Shown: positions 52,134-63,336, numbered from the stretch's first letter. The stretch: 64,000 nucleotides of DNA from Gammaproteobacteria bacterium (GCA_965261775.1 OZ253477.1:1738178-1802177); one strand, 5' to 3'. A program made the numbers and translations. Notes: generated from the sequence alone by a model not told the origin.

Positions 52134-53669
52134 TTGTTCGTGTTTGATGAATATAAAAAACTGATTGAAGAGGCGGAAGGCCGAATCTACGCAGTCGCGA
52201 AACGAACCTCCCTTGACCACACTCCCCTGCTCTCCGCCCGTTACAATAATAATATCCGCTTGAAACGGGAAGATCAGCAACCTGTTTTTTCTTATAAATT
52301 ACGCGGTGCCTACAATATGATTGCCTGCCTGTCTGAACGGGAAAAAGAGCGTGGCATCATTGCCGCCTCGGCGGGCAATCATGCGCAGGGGGTCGCGCTG
52401 TCCGCACAACGCCTGAATATCAAAGCGGTGATCGTGATGCCAAAGACCACGCCAGAGATCAAGATCAGTGCGGTCACACGTATGCGGGCGGAGGTGATGT
52501 TGCATGGCAATACCTATGATGACGCGCAGGAGCACGCGCTCAAAATATCGGCGGAAAAAAATATGCGTTATATCCCTCCGTACGACCATCCTCTGATAAT
52601 CGCGGGGCAGGCCGTTGTTGGCGTTGAACTGATGGCGCAACATCCTGCTACGCCGGATATCATCTTCGTTCCGGTTGGCGGCGGCGGTCTGATTGCCGGT
52701 ATTGCCGCTTACACCAAACGGTATTTTCCTCATGTCAAAGTTATCGGTGTTGAACCCGATGAAGCACCTTGTATGCATCATGCCTTTGCGGCAGGGGAAC
52801 GCGTGATTCTGGAAAAGATCGGGATCTTCGCCGACGGCGCCGCTGTCAGGCAGGCCGGGGAAGAAAACTATCGCCTTGCGAAAGAACTGGTTGATGAAAT
52901 ATTACTGGTGAGTATTGACGAAATCTGTGCAGCGATAAAAGATATTTTTGAAGATACGCGTTCCATTCCCGAACCGGCAGGGGCATTGGCACTGGCGGGA
53001 CTGAAACAATATGTGTTCAAAAAAAACATTGGGGGCAAAGAGTTGGTGGCCATTTTCAGCGGTGCGAATGTCAATTTTGATCGTTTGCGTCATATTGCCG
53101 AACTGTCGGCGTTGGGAGAGAATCGCGAGGCCCTGTTAGCGATTAATATCCCGGAACGCCCGGGTAGTTTCAAACAGCTTTGTCATGATCTTGCCCCGCG
53201 TCTGATCACCGAATTTAATTATCGCTATGCGGACAATAATGAGGCCCATGTGTTCGTTGGCGTGCAGCTCAAACACGGCATTGGCGAAAAGGACACGTTG
53301 TTGAAACAATTTAAGGAAAAAGGCTATAAGACGATTGACCTGAGTAATGATGTGATCGCCAAAATGCACATCCGCTATATGGTCGGTGGGCATGCGCCAC
53401 AGATAGAGAATGAAGTCATTTATCGGTTTGAATTCCCGGAACGCCCCGGCGCCTTGCTGCATTTTCTGACGAAAATGCAGGGACGCTGGAATATCAGTTT
53501 ATTCCATTATCGAAACCACGGCGCCGCTTATGGCCGTGTGTTGATGGGCTTTCAGGTCAAGACGGAAGAACGGGAAGAATTTCAGGAATTTGTCAAATCA
53601 TTGAATATTCCTTACTGGATAGAGACGGAAAACCCAGCATATCAGGTGTTTTTAGGGCATCATGTCTGA
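52134..53669 (+). CDS. ilvA: Biosynthetic threonine dehydratase with two C-terminal ACT-like domains
   Basis: PLP-binding FSYKLRGAYN, SAGNHAQG, and a 511-aa length with a regulatory C-terminal tandem. Confidence 0.93.
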   Translation: MFVFDEYKKLIEEAEGRIYAVAKRTSLDHTPLLSARYNNNIRLKREDQQPVFSYKLRGAYNMIACLSEREKERGIIAASAGNHAQGVALSAQRLNIKAVIVMPKTTPEIKISAVTRMRAEVMLHGNTYDDAQEHALKISAEKNMRYIPPYDHPLIIAGQAVVGVELMAQHPATPDIIFVPVGGGGLIAGIAAYTKRYFPHVKVIGVEPDEAPCMHHAFAAGERVILEKIGIFADGAAVRQAGEENYRLAKELVDEILLVSIDEICAAIKDIFEDTRSIPEPAGALALAGLKQYVFKKNIGGKELVAIFSGANVNFDRLRHIAELSALGENREALLAINIPERPGSFKQLCHDLAPRLITEFNYRYADNNEAHVFVGVQLKHGIGEKDTLLKQFKEKGYKTIDLSNDVIAKMHIRYMVGGHAPQIENEVIYRFEFPERPGALLHFLTKMQGRWNISLFHYRNHGAAYGRVLMGFQVKTEEREEFQEFVKSLNIPYWIETENPAYQVFLGHHV

Positions 53670-53788
53670 TTCCTCATAAAACACTGTTTTAACGTTGGAT
53701 GTAAGGTTATGTCGAAAAGAAAAGACAAACCCGTATATTTCTATTTTAGCCGTTCAATCCGACATCAGATTACAAAAATTGGATAAAA

Positions 53789-54529
53789 ATGGATATGCTG
53801 AAAAAATATTTCAAGAATCTTTATGATCGCACAATGCTAGAGTCGTATTCTCGGGCACACGAAGAAATCTTTATTGCATTAAAAAACGGCGGTATCTGTC
53901 TGGATTGTGGGGCAAACTCGGGTCAAAAATTCGATCTGTTAGATCAAAGGCTGGGATTGGAAAAGGCTGAATATACGGGAATAGAATGGAACCCGAATCT
54001 CGTTCAAATTGCGTGCGATAAGGGATTAAATGTGACACAGGGAGACTTGAATAAGGGATTGAAATTTCAGGATAATATGTATAAATGTATTTTCGGCCTG
54101 TCTGTTTTGGAACATCTCTTAAATCCATGCAAGTTTCTTAGAGAATCCTATCGTTGTCTGGAAAAAGGGGGAAAGCTGGTTATTTTGACCCCGAATATCA
54201 GTACTTATTTTACGGCTTTTTTGATTTTGACGGGGAAAATGCCGTCAAGCGGTCCTTACCCGGATTCGGATGCATTACTCAAGCGTGAAGAGGTATTCAA
54301 AGTAACCTCTGAAAGTGTGCAATGGGATACTGAAACTGATACACCTGTTAATCGGCATCTTGTGGTATTCAGCTTCCGGGTTCTGAAATCTTATTTGCAA
54401 ATGCTTGGTTTTGAACAAATAAAAGGTTACGGATATGGTCTGTATCCATTCCCCAACTTTATGCAGGGCTTTCTGGAAAAGGTCGATCCGTATCATTGCC
54501 ATCAAATGGTTTTCGTGGCTCAAAAATAG
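53789..54529 (+). CDS. Class I SAM-dependent methyltransferase of unknown specificity
   Basis: Motif I LDCGANSGQ and a post-I acidic residue. 246 aa. Confidence 0.6.
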   Translation: MDMLKKYFKNLYDRTMLESYSRAHEEIFIALKNGGICLDCGANSGQKFDLLDQRLGLEKAEYTGIEWNPNLVQIACDKGLNVTQGDLNKGLKFQDNMYKCIFGLSVLEHLLNPCKFLRESYRCLEKGGKLVILTPNISTYFTAFLILTGKMPSSGPYPDSDALLKREEVFKVTSESVQWDTETDTPVNRHLVVFSFRVLKSYLQMLGFEQIKGYGYGLYPFPNFMQGFLEKVDPYHCHQMVFVAQK

Positions 54530-54601
54530 AGGTTTGTCTCACAATACGGATAATTGGTATTTTTGTAAGGTTTTCGGTTTTGCCTCATTCCCGCAGGGAA
54601 C

Positions 54602-55369
54602 TTACCGTGGATGGTCCGGCATTGATTGTGCCAGTATGTTGCCGTCACGTTGCCGGATTAATTTGATAATAGCGTCAAATTGCGTTGATAACATTTCCGG
54701 ATCTGTTGAGCGCAGGACAATATTAACGCCCTGTTTTCCATCCCTGAAATAGGGGTAGCTACCTATGCTGACGTTGCCGTTACGCCCCTGAATCTCGCTC
54801 ATGCCGTCGGCGAGCATACTCTCGGTCAGATTTGTGGAAACATTTGCCGTCAGAAACGGCGGTCCGTCTGAAAGCCTGGAATATACCCCATCGAGCATGG
54901 CACGCATGATTTCGGGAACACCAGCCAACACGAATACATTATTGATTTGATAACCTGGCGCTCCGCTTACCGGGTTATCGATCAGTACGGCGTCTTTTGG
55001 TATATCGGCCATCTTTAGTCTTGCCTCGGTCAGATCGCCCGTTCCGTGATGCCGTTGCATTTGTGCCACCACATCCTCACGGCGTTCCAGTTCAATGCCA
55101 AAGGCTTTGGCGACAGATGCGGTGGTAATATCGTCGTGGGTCGGTCCGATCCCGCCAGTCGTAAAGACATAATCACAGTTTTTCGAGTAAAACATTACCT
55201 TGTCTATAATCTTTTGTTCAATGTCGGGAACAATGCTGACTTCCGTCAATACGATACCCAGTTTCTCAAGATATCGGGCAATCCAGACGACGTTTATATC
55301 CTGCGTACGACCGGATAATATCTCGTTACCGACGATCAATACAGCGGCGGTTTTGGTTTGTGATTCCAT
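54602..55369 (-). CDS. CinA-like MoCF-binding (MoaB/MogA fold) domain protein
   Basis: AAVLIVGNEILSGRTQD...TTGGIGPTHDD molybdopterin-binding fold. It lacks the CinA C-terminal deamidase domain. The start is placed at the internal Met. Confidence 0.7.
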   Translation of the reverse strand: MESQTKTAAVLIVGNEILSGRTQDINVVWIARYLEKLGIVLTEVSIVPDIEQKIIDKVMFYSKNCDYVFTTGGIGPTHDDITTASVAKAFGIELERREDVVAQMQRHHGTGDLTEARLKMADIPKDAVLIDNPVSGAPGYQINNVFVLAGVPEIMRAMLDGVYSRLSDGPPFLTANVSTNLTESMLADGMSEIQGRNGNVSIGSYPYFRDGKQGVNIVLRSTDPEMLSTQFDAIIKLIRQRDGNILAQSMPDHPR

Positions 55370-55468
55370 ATCGTAAATGAAAAATGCCTCGAACTTTTGA
55401 TAAAACCGGAAAATATAAACTGCCAAGGCAAATGATCAGCGGTTTTTGTGTCTGGAACAAAAATCGGA

Positions 55469-55849
55469 CTATGCGGCTTGCTCCGGAATGTGATCTTCTA
55501 TACGGCGGATATTGTTTTCCGCGTCAAGATAGACAAGCGTTGGTTTGAATTCATGTATTTTATTTGCATTGAGTCGCCCGTAAGCGCAGATAATTACCGT
55601 ATCGCCAGGAGCAGCTTTATGGGCGGCGGCGCCATTGACGGAAATAATGCGTGAATTATTTTCAGCGCGAATGGCGTAGGTAGTAAAGCGCTCGCCATTG
55701 CTGACATTATAAATGTGGATCTGTTCATATTCATGGATTCCTGCCGTATTCAGCAGGGCACTGTCAATCGCGCAGGAACCATCATATTCAAGTTCGGCGT
55801 GTGTCACGTGCGCTTGATGAAGTTTTGCTTTTAAAACGGTGATTTCCAT
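55469..55849 (-). CDS. panD: Aspartate 1-decarboxylase
   Basis: [41 protein letters not shown]. 126 aa from the internal Met. Confidence 0.92.
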   Translation of the reverse strand: MEITVLKAKLHQAHVTHAELEYDGSCAIDSALLNTAGIHEYEQIHIYNVSNGERFTTYAIRAENNSRIISVNGAAAHKAAPGDTVIICAYGRLNANKIHEFKPTLVYLDAENNIRRIEDHIPEQAA

Positions 55850-55899
55850 TAACGCTATTCCAAATTTGAGTGTGTTCAGGTTTGGCAGATAATCACTGT

Positions 55900-56754
55900 T
55901 CAATCATAAACATCTACCGTGATATTGTCAATCAAACGGGTTTTTCCCAACCAGGCGGCGGCGATGATCACAAGTTTACGATTGATCGGCGATTTTAATG
56001 TTTCAGCGTCACAGATACTGAAATATTCAGACTGGAAACCGGCTTTTTTCAACACCGTCATTGATTGATCAGCAAGTTTTTTATAGTCACGTTCGCCACT
56101 TTTTATGGTCTCCGCCGCCTTCATCAGGCATTGATAAAGCATTGGCGCACACTTTCTTTCTTCCTCGGAAAGATAATGATTGCGAGAGCTTATTGCCAAA
56201 CCGTCGGCTTCGCGCACGGTTGCCAGGCCGATAATTTCAATGGGTAAATCAAGACTTCTGACCAGAGCGCGGATGATTAAAAGTTGTTGGTAATCCTTTT
56301 TACCGAACAGGGCGATGTCGGGTTTCGTAATATTAAATAATTTTAATACCACTGTGGCGACACCTTTAAAATGTCCCGGACGAAATTTGCCACAGTAGAT
56401 TGAATCAAGCGCCGGCACGACCACTTCGGCTTCAATATCAAGTTTCGGGTAAATTTCAGCCGGAGTGGGGATGAAGACAAGGTCAGTATCCAGTTCTTCA
56501 AGTAACCGTAGATCAACATCCGGTGTTCGGGGATAATCATCAAAATCTTCTCCCTCAACAAATTGGGTGGGGTTGACAAAAATACTGACGACCACATATT
56601 TAGCGGTTTGTTTTGCATGTTTCACCAGCGACAGATGACCCCGATGCAGGTTGCCCATGGTCGGCACCAGGGCTATTTTCCCCGGTGACATACGGGCGTA
56701 CTCAAGTTGTCCACGTGCTTCCCTGATTGTTGCTGCGTACAGCATTATCAACAA
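55900..56754 (-). CDS. panC: Pantoate-beta-alanine ligase
   Basis: [12 protein letters not shown] (HIGH-like), [10 protein letters not shown]. 284 aa. Confidence 0.93.
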   Translation of the reverse strand: MLIMLYAATIREARGQLEYARMSPGKIALVPTMGNLHRGHLSLVKHAKQTAKYVVVSIFVNPTQFVEGEDFDDYPRTPDVDLRLLEELDTDLVFIPTPAEIYPKLDIEAEVVVPALDSIYCGKFRPGHFKGVATVVLKLFNITKPDIALFGKKDYQQLLIIRALVRSLDLPIEIIGLATVREADGLAISSRNHYLSEEERKCAPMLYQCLMKAAETIKSGERDYKKLADQSMTVLKKAGFQSEYFSICDAETLKSPINRKLVIIAAAWLGKTRLIDNITVDVYD

Positions 56755-56766
56755 GAGATTACGAAC

Positions 56767-57411
56767 CTAGGTTGCACCTGGATTGAAATAATGTCTACCA
56801 AGCGGTAGCCGGGCGATATGTGACAACAGTAATGAGTAGGACTCATCATCTTCGGATAAATCAAATTTTTCCGTATTGACAATGAGTAACGGTGATGATG
56901 CATAGTGATGAAAAAATTCAACATAGGCATCTGATATTTTTTTTAAGTACATGCGATCAATAAAACGTTCATAATAGTATTTCCGTTCAATAATGCGTTG
57001 CATTAACACATCAATCGGCGCCTGCAGATAAATGACCAGATCAGGGACGGGTGCACTCAGGGTCAGATGCTCATAGACCTGATGATACAAGGCCAATTCA
57101 TCGGCATCCAGATTGACAGAGGCAAACAGTTTGTCTTTCTCAATTAAAAAGTCTGCAACCTGCGCCGACTTGAACATATCTGTTTGCCGCAGGGTTCCGA
57201 TTTGTTTTGCGCGCTGCAACAAAAAAAATAGTTGTGTGGGCAGGGCGACCGATCTTTGATTCTCATAAAAACGCGGCAGGAATGGATTTTCCGCCGCCAG
57301 CTCCAGCATCAGTTCGCCACTGAACGTATTTGCCAGACGTTTGGCCAGAGTGGTTTTACCTACACCTATTGGCCCTTCGACGACAATATAATTGGGTGCT
57401 TTCTGTGTCAT
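56767..57411 (-). CDS. Deoxynucleoside kinase (dGK/dAK/dCK family)
   Basis: P-loop IVVEGPIGVGKTT and dNK family motifs (ENPFLPRFY, ERFIDRMYL). It occupies the position where panB usually sits. Confidence 0.75.
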   Translation of the reverse strand: MTQKAPNYIVVEGPIGVGKTTLAKRLANTFSGELMLELAAENPFLPRFYENQRSVALPTQLFFLLQRAKQIGTLRQTDMFKSAQVADFLIEKDKLFASVNLDADELALYHQVYEHLTLSAPVPDLVIYLQAPIDVLMQRIIERKYYYERFIDRMYLKKISDAYVEFFHHYASSPLLIVNTEKFDLSEDDESYSLLLSHIARLPLGRHYFNPGAT

Positions 57412-57887
57412 TGCAACAACTCCAATTCGTCCGCATTGACCTTGTCCAGATAATCATTAATGGAGCCCGCGCCGGGGATGTGACAATCGGGTTTGACCTC
57501 TGCCAGTGGCACTAGTACAAAGGCCCGTCGTAACATCTCAACATGGGGCACTGTCAGACGTTTATTGGTGATTTTTTCATCGCCGTACATTAATATATCC
57601 AAATCCAGCGTTCGCTCCCCCCAGATTTTTTTACGTACGCGACCGTGTCTGTTTTCTATATCCTGTAAACAATCCAGTAAAGTCACCGGGTCCAGCCATG
57701 TATCAATTTCCGCAACAGCATTGATAAAATCATCTTGATCTTGCGGACCGACCGGTTTGCTTTTATACAATGACGAAACCGCGATCAGCCTGGTTTTTGC
57801 CATCTCGTCCAGTGCTGTTATAGCGGTATCTATATGTCGTTCGGGAAAATCCATATTACTGCCCAGTCCGATGAAAGCACTTGTCAT
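57408..57887 (-). CDS. folK: 6-hydroxymethyl-7,8-dihydropterin pyrophosphokinase
   Basis: AFIGLGSN, GPQDQDDFINAV, WGERTLDLDIL. It follows pcnB as in E. coli. Confidence 0.92.
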   Translation of the reverse strand: MTSAFIGLGSNMDFPERHIDTAITALDEMAKTRLIAVSSLYKSKPVGPQDQDDFINAVAEIDTWLDPVTLLDCLQDIENRHGRVRKKIWGERTLDLDILMYGDEKITNKRLTVPHVEMLRRAFVLVPLAEVKPDCHIPGAGSINDYLDKVNADELELLQ

Positions 57888-57898
57888 TTTTTCTCCCG

Positions 57899-59203
57899 TT
57901 ATTGTCGGCGGCGGCGACGTGATCGAGGTCGGTGGTGAGTTGATTGTGCGTTCCTCTCTTTAGTCGGGGGTGCCTTGTTTTGTTCCCGTGTCCAGTGAGC
58001 AAGCTGTTCCTGAAGAGATTCCCCCGCCCGGGCGCGCAACAACAGAAAATCATAGGCTGAGCGAAAATGGGGGTGTGCCAGAACACGATCCGGACGTTTC
58101 TTGAGACGTTTTAACTTGAACTGCAAAAACCATATATCACGTGCCATTTGTGTAAAACGCCTGGGCATGGCGATACTTGATATCTGTCTGGAGATTACAC
58201 TATCCCCGGCAAGCCTCACGGCCTCCATTTCAGGCAGACCATTGGCGATATGTTTATCGGTATGCATACGCATGATCTCCCATAATAGTATGGACAGCAA
58301 AAAGCCCGGCGTTATGGCTTGACCGTCATTGAATCGCTGATCGGTATTTTCCAGCGCTTGCACGATAAAAGTACGTGAATAAGAGTTCCCTGGCGCATCC
58401 AGCAGATGATCCGTTTGTGGGAAAAGATACTTGAACAGTTTGTAATGCCGAAGCAGTTCAAATGTCCGTACTGCATATCCTCCCATAAAAAGTTTAAGGG
58501 TTTCTTCAAATAAACGTGCGGTAGGAATTTTCTCCAACAGGGATGAATGCCGGTCAATAGTCTTTTCCGCTTCGGTATGAATATGTAAATCAAGTTTGGC
58601 TGCAAACCGGACCGCTCGTAGCATTCTGACCGGGTCCTCGGTATACCGTTGCCCGGCATCGCCGATTAATCTTAGCTGCCCGGCCTCTAGATCTTTAATG
58701 CCGCCGACATAGTCAATAATTGAGAAATCCTCAATATTGTAAAAAAGCGCATTGATCGTAAAATCCCGCCGCCAGACATCATCATCAATGTCGCCATAAA
58801 CATTGTCGCGCAATATCTGCCCGTCTTCGCTGTGTCGTCCGCTGTGATCAGAAACATGATGCGATGCCCGGAATGTCGATACTTCAATGATCTCATTGCC
58901 GAAGCGGACGTGGGCCAGACGGAAACGTCTCCCGATCAGACGACAGTTATGAAATAACTCGCGGATCTGCTCCGGTCTCGCGTCGGTGACGACGTCAAAA
59001 TCCTTTGGTTCCCGGCCAAGTAATATATCACGGACACAACCACCTACCAGACAGGCGTTATATCCCGCATTTTTCAAGCGATAGAGGATTTTCAGTGCAT
59101 TGTCGCTGATCAAAGCGCGGGAAACGGGGTGTTGGCTCCTCGGAATAATCGTCGGTTTTATTCCAAGCTGGGTTACTTTCTCAGATTGATCTGCGCTGCT
59201 CAT
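57899..59203 (-). CDS. pcnB: Poly(A) polymerase I
   Basis: LVGGCVRDILLGREPKDFDV nucleotidyltransferase motif and a basic C-terminus. 434 aa. Confidence 0.92.
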   Translation of the reverse strand: MSSADQSEKVTQLGIKPTIIPRSQHPVSRALISDNALKILYRLKNAGYNACLVGGCVRDILLGREPKDFDVVTDARPEQIRELFHNCRLIGRRFRLAHVRFGNEIIEVSTFRASHHVSDHSGRHSEDGQILRDNVYGDIDDDVWRRDFTINALFYNIEDFSIIDYVGGIKDLEAGQLRLIGDAGQRYTEDPVRMLRAVRFAAKLDLHIHTEAEKTIDRHSSLLEKIPTARLFEETLKLFMGGYAVRTFELLRHYKLFKYLFPQTDHLLDAPGNSYSRTFIVQALENTDQRFNDGQAITPGFLLSILLWEIMRMHTDKHIANGLPEMEAVRLAGDSVISRQISSIAMPRRFTQMARDIWFLQFKLKRLKKRPDRVLAHPHFRSAYDFLLLRARAGESLQEQLAHWTREQNKAPPTKERNAQSTHHRPRSRRRRRQ

Positions 59204-59241
59204 ATTACCACCTCCGTTTATTGAAAATTTCCTGGTAAGCG

Positions 59242-61062
59242 TTACGCAACTTGTTCCGTACTGTCGGAAGGGTGCTTATCAAACTGCAGTTCCGCCAGGT
59301 GCTTATAAATTCTGCTTTTCTGTATCAGCTGCTGATGTTTGCCAATATCAATAATCCTGCCTTTGTTCATGACGACAATTCGGTCCGCTTTGATCACCGT
59401 TGACAAACGGTGCGCGATTACCAGAGTCGTATGGTCCTTCATCACATGGTCAAAGGCTTCATGCACCAGTTTTTCATTTTCGGAATCAAGTGCGCTAGTG
59501 GCCTCATCAAGCAATATTATCGGTGCCTGCTTCAGTATCGCCCTGGCAATGGCGATACGCTGTCGCTGCCCACCAGAAAGCCGCACACCTTTTTCGCCAA
59601 GATAGGCGTCATAGCCCTCGGGCTGCTGATGGATAAACTCATCAACTATCGCGGCACTTGCAGCAATCTTGACTTGTGCATCACTCGCTTTCGGGTTTCC
59701 ATAACGGATATTCTCCATGGCTGTTGTGGAAAACAGCACTGTGTTTTGTGGCACGATAGCGATTTGTTTTCGAAGTTCCCCGGGGTCAAATTTCCTGATA
59801 TCAATATCATCTATCAGTATCCGGCCGGATTGCGGTTCGTAAAAACGCATTAACAACTGAAAGATAGTGCTCTTGCCAGCCCCGGACGGGCCAACCAGTG
59901 CAACGGTTTCTCCGGGTTCAATACGCAGATTAAAATCACACAGCACCCGATTTGACGGTCGTGAGGGATAGCTGAAATGAACATCTTCGAACCGGATATG
60001 CCCGCTTATATGTTGCGGTATAGTGATTGGATGTGACGATGCTGTGATATCCGGTTGTGCATGCAGTAATTCCATCAGGCGTTCCAGCGCCCCTGCTGCG
60101 CGTTGAATATCGCTCCAGACTTCGCCCAGTGAACCGATACTGCTGGCAAGAAAGAGTGCGTACAATAAAAACTGTCCCAATGAGCCTGGCGTCATCTTGC
60201 TCTCTGCAATACTGTGTGCCCCGGTCCATAATACCAGCACAATCGTGCCGAAAGTTGATGTTATGATGACGGCAGTCAACAGGGAACTGACTCGCAAACG
60301 TCGGCGGGCAGCAAGGAAAATATCTTCCACCGAGCGACTGAACCGATCACTGAGAAGACCCTCCAGCGTAAAGGATTGAATGACATTGATCGCGTGCAGA
60401 GATTCATCGGCGATACTATTTGAATCAGCAATACGGTCCTGATTGCTGCGCGAGAGTTTCCTGATCTTGTAGCCGTACAACAATATCGGACCAACAACAA
60501 TCGGGATCAATAAAACAATCATCAGCGTCAATCCGATATCGGTCACGAATAGCATGATCAGGCAGCCGACCACGCTGAACAGGCTACGCAACGCGATTGA
60601 CATCCCGGCACCGAACACACTCTGGACCAAAGTTGTATCCGTTGTTAACCGTGATAACACTTCGCCTGTGCGGGTCGTTTCAAAGAAAGTCGGTCCCATC
60701 CTGATCACATGTCTGTAGACGGCGGAACGAATATCAGCGATAAAACGTTCGCCGATCCACATGACCAGATAATAACGTAATGAGGCAAATACGGCGAAAA
60801 ATATTGCTAGACCAAACAAAACCAGAAAAGGAATATTAATATTATCGGAAATACTGTTGCCGGAAAAACCGTAATCAATGATATTCCGAATCGCGACGGG
60901 CATGCCCAGCATTGCAATTGACGCAATACCGAGACAGATAAATGCAAGCAACATATGGCGGCGGTAAGGACGCAAAAAGGGCAACGCCCATTTCAACGGT
61001 TTAAGATTATTTCCTTTGGGGCGATCAACGTTCCCGGCATTGTTCACACTGTATCTGGCCAT
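59242..61062 (-). CDS. ABC exporter, fused permease/ATPase (MsbA/MdlB-like half transporter)
   Basis: 6-TM domain followed by an NBD with Walker A GPSGAGKST, signature LSGGQRQR and Walker B ILLDEATSALD. Confidence 0.88.
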   Translation of the reverse strand: MARYSVNNAGNVDRPKGNNLKPLKWALPFLRPYRRHMLLAFICLGIASIAMLGMPVAIRNIIDYGFSGNSISDNINIPFLVLFGLAIFFAVFASLRYYLVMWIGERFIADIRSAVYRHVIRMGPTFFETTRTGEVLSRLTTDTTLVQSVFGAGMSIALRSLFSVVGCLIMLFVTDIGLTLMIVLLIPIVVGPILLYGYKIRKLSRSNQDRIADSNSIADESLHAINVIQSFTLEGLLSDRFSRSVEDIFLAARRRLRVSSLLTAVIITSTFGTIVLVLWTGAHSIAESKMTPGSLGQFLLYALFLASSIGSLGEVWSDIQRAAGALERLMELLHAQPDITASSHPITIPQHISGHIRFEDVHFSYPSRPSNRVLCDFNLRIEPGETVALVGPSGAGKSTIFQLLMRFYEPQSGRILIDDIDIRKFDPGELRKQIAIVPQNTVLFSTTAMENIRYGNPKASDAQVKIAASAAIVDEFIHQQPEGYDAYLGEKGVRLSGGQRQRIAIARAILKQAPIILLDEATSALDSENEKLVHEAFDHVMKDHTTLVIAHRLSTVIKADRIVVMNKGRIIDIGKHQQLIQKSRIYKHLAELQFDKHPSDSTEQVA

Positions 61063-61470
61063 TCTAGCGCGGATAATTCGTGAAAAATTTTGAATTCAGG
61101 TCTGTATCAGCCGAATAGTACCTGTAATGGTTCAACAAGTAATCGCTGAGCCTGCCAAAGCACTCGCCGTCCGCTGGAAGTGCATAGCCGTCGTCATGGT
61201 CCGGGATCTGTGCGTAAGATGTGACGACAACAGGCGTAAGGCGAAACAGAAAAAGCTGTAGTTTGGTAATAATACCCATTACTAATAATAATCGTTAAAT
61301 GGACGATGGTAAATAATCAAGGCCATCTTCATGAAATATTTCGGGCTTGTTGCTGTTCAACCGATAAGCCTTCGCCCTGACTTAAAATCGTCTGTATGGG
61401 CGACGGCTGGAATATGAACAAGCCATGCCTTTATTTCCACTATCTTCGTTACCCATAGGACCAGTTTTCA

Positions 61471-62814
61471 TTAATCATATACAGTTGTTTTTAGTAATAA
61501 TGCCAGCATCAGCACAACGATGAGCATCACTGAAAATATCATGATATTTAAAGTGGCTTTACGGTGATGACTAATCCAGCGCATTATTTTTTGCCTGAGA
61601 GACTCTGGTTGTGCATCAATGGCATTACCATACATAAAGTGGCGAATGTCGTTGGCAAAGTCGGAGACTGTTGCGTAGCGATCTTCCGGTAAATATCGTG
61701 TTGCCTTTGCGACAATAGCTAATAACTGTTTCTGTTCATCAGCTTCTTTGGCATAAAGCGATGGCGGATCGATTTGACCGCAGCGGGCTTTCGTTATCAC
61801 CTCATCACTGTCTTTGCCGTTAATGGCACGGAGAAGCGTAACCAGCTCAAACAGGATCAGACCCAGAGAATACAAATCACTGCGATGGTCAAGGATATCA
61901 AGGTCGCCTTCGGCTTGTTCAGGTGACATATAAGCGGGTGTGCCTATTGCCTGACCCATCTTGGTCTTATCCTTATCATGAACCTCATCAGGGTCAATCA
62001 ATACAGTTTTATCACTGAAAGTTTCCCTGTCTACATCAATGGTTTTCGCGATACCCCAGTCCATGACATAAACTTCATTGTAAGGTCCAATCATGATATT
62101 TTTCGGTTTCAGATCACGATGAATGACACCCTTGCGATGGGCATAATGCATTGCATCACAGACCTTGAGAAAGTGTTCCAGGCGGATACGCAGGGTATGA
62201 TACTTATCCGGTTTGCCGTGTGCATCATATTGTTTCCGGGTTTCGCGGATATGATCCTTTAGTGTAATGCCATTAATCAGTTTCATCGTATAACCAGCGT
62301 TATTACGATCACTTTCCACTAAACCATATACCGGCACAATATTGGGATGTTGTAATTGTGCGGTGATCTGGGCTTCCATATAAAAACGCCCGATATAATT
62401 TCGGATATTGCCTATATGCGGGTGTATTTTTTTATAGGCGACGTTGCGATTCAACCTGTTATCACGTGCCACCAGGATTTCGCCCATAGAACCTTCACCA
62501 ATAGACTCAAGGACAGTGTAGTCCCCCACATCCGTGTGTGTACAAGTCGTTTTGTAGACGTCCATATCTGCATTCTGGCGACGTTTCCCGATATTGGTAA
62601 ACCCTTCCGTATATGAAATCGTAGAGAGATCTATCTTTTCCTGTATCTGGATATTTTTGTACTCAGCTTTGCTGATATGCTTATGTCTATAAAGATGCGC
62701 AACGAAATCTTCTTCAGAATGACAACTGTTCGTCACAATATATTCCTCGTAAAGCGATTCCAGCTCAGACGGGCTGATGGAGCTGATAATTTCCTTTATT
62801 GTTTCGGTCAACAT
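61471..62814 (-). CDS. Hanks-type serine/threonine protein kinase with a C-terminal membrane anchor
   Basis: G-loop GEGSMGEI, Lys in VAYKK, catalytic loop HRDLKPKN, DWG in place of DFG, activation loop GTPAYMSPE, and a C-terminal TM helix. An N-terminal ~100 aa is of unknown fold. Confidence 0.85.
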   Translation of the reverse strand: MLTETIKEIISSISPSELESLYEEYIVTNSCHSEEDFVAHLYRHKHISKAEYKNIQIQEKIDLSTISYTEGFTNIGKRRQNADMDVYKTTCTHTDVGDYTVLESIGEGSMGEILVARDNRLNRNVAYKKIHPHIGNIRNYIGRFYMEAQITAQLQHPNIVPVYGLVESDRNNAGYTMKLINGITLKDHIRETRKQYDAHGKPDKYHTLRIRLEHFLKVCDAMHYAHRKGVIHRDLKPKNIMIGPYNEVYVMDWGIAKTIDVDRETFSDKTVLIDPDEVHDKDKTKMGQAIGTPAYMSPEQAEGDLDILDHRSDLYSLGLILFELVTLLRAINGKDSDEVITKARCGQIDPPSLYAKEADEQKQLLAIVAKATRYLPEDRYATVSDFANDIRHFMYGNAIDAQPESLRQKIMRWISHHRKATLNIMIFSVMLIVVLMLALLLKTTVYD

Positions 62815-63336
62815 GGCGGACTTTAATAATTCATGCAGGGTTTCAAATTCAGGTCAAATCGCGCAAGCCGTGCCGCAAACAGGCATAAAATGAGGGTAAA
62901 CTGTCATGGTAACAACTTCCTTTATGAGATCGGGTCAATTAGACAAAAAATAAGAAAACCTTTTATGGAACATACTATCGCTTATAGCTATAGCGCTGAA
63001 ATACTAATCAGGTTATCACAAGAGTAACTGTAGTAACTCATTCAGATAACGCAATCCCCTTACGGTTGGTATTATCGCCTCGCCTTTTGTACAGAATAGC
63101 TGTTTTTGCCGTGCCTGATATATTTTTTCTGTATTATACCGCCAATGGCAAATTGATTCGCCGTGAAAATAAGGCAGCGGGGACACCTTTCAGCAGACGC
63201 ATGGCATTTATCGTAAATTCCGGAGATAAATCCCGTTCATCCAGTGTGTAATAATAACGCCTAGGCAGGCTGTGACACTTGTAATGCCGATCCCGGCGGT
63301 GATATCGGTAATCTTGCTGTGCGCTCCGGCTCAGTT

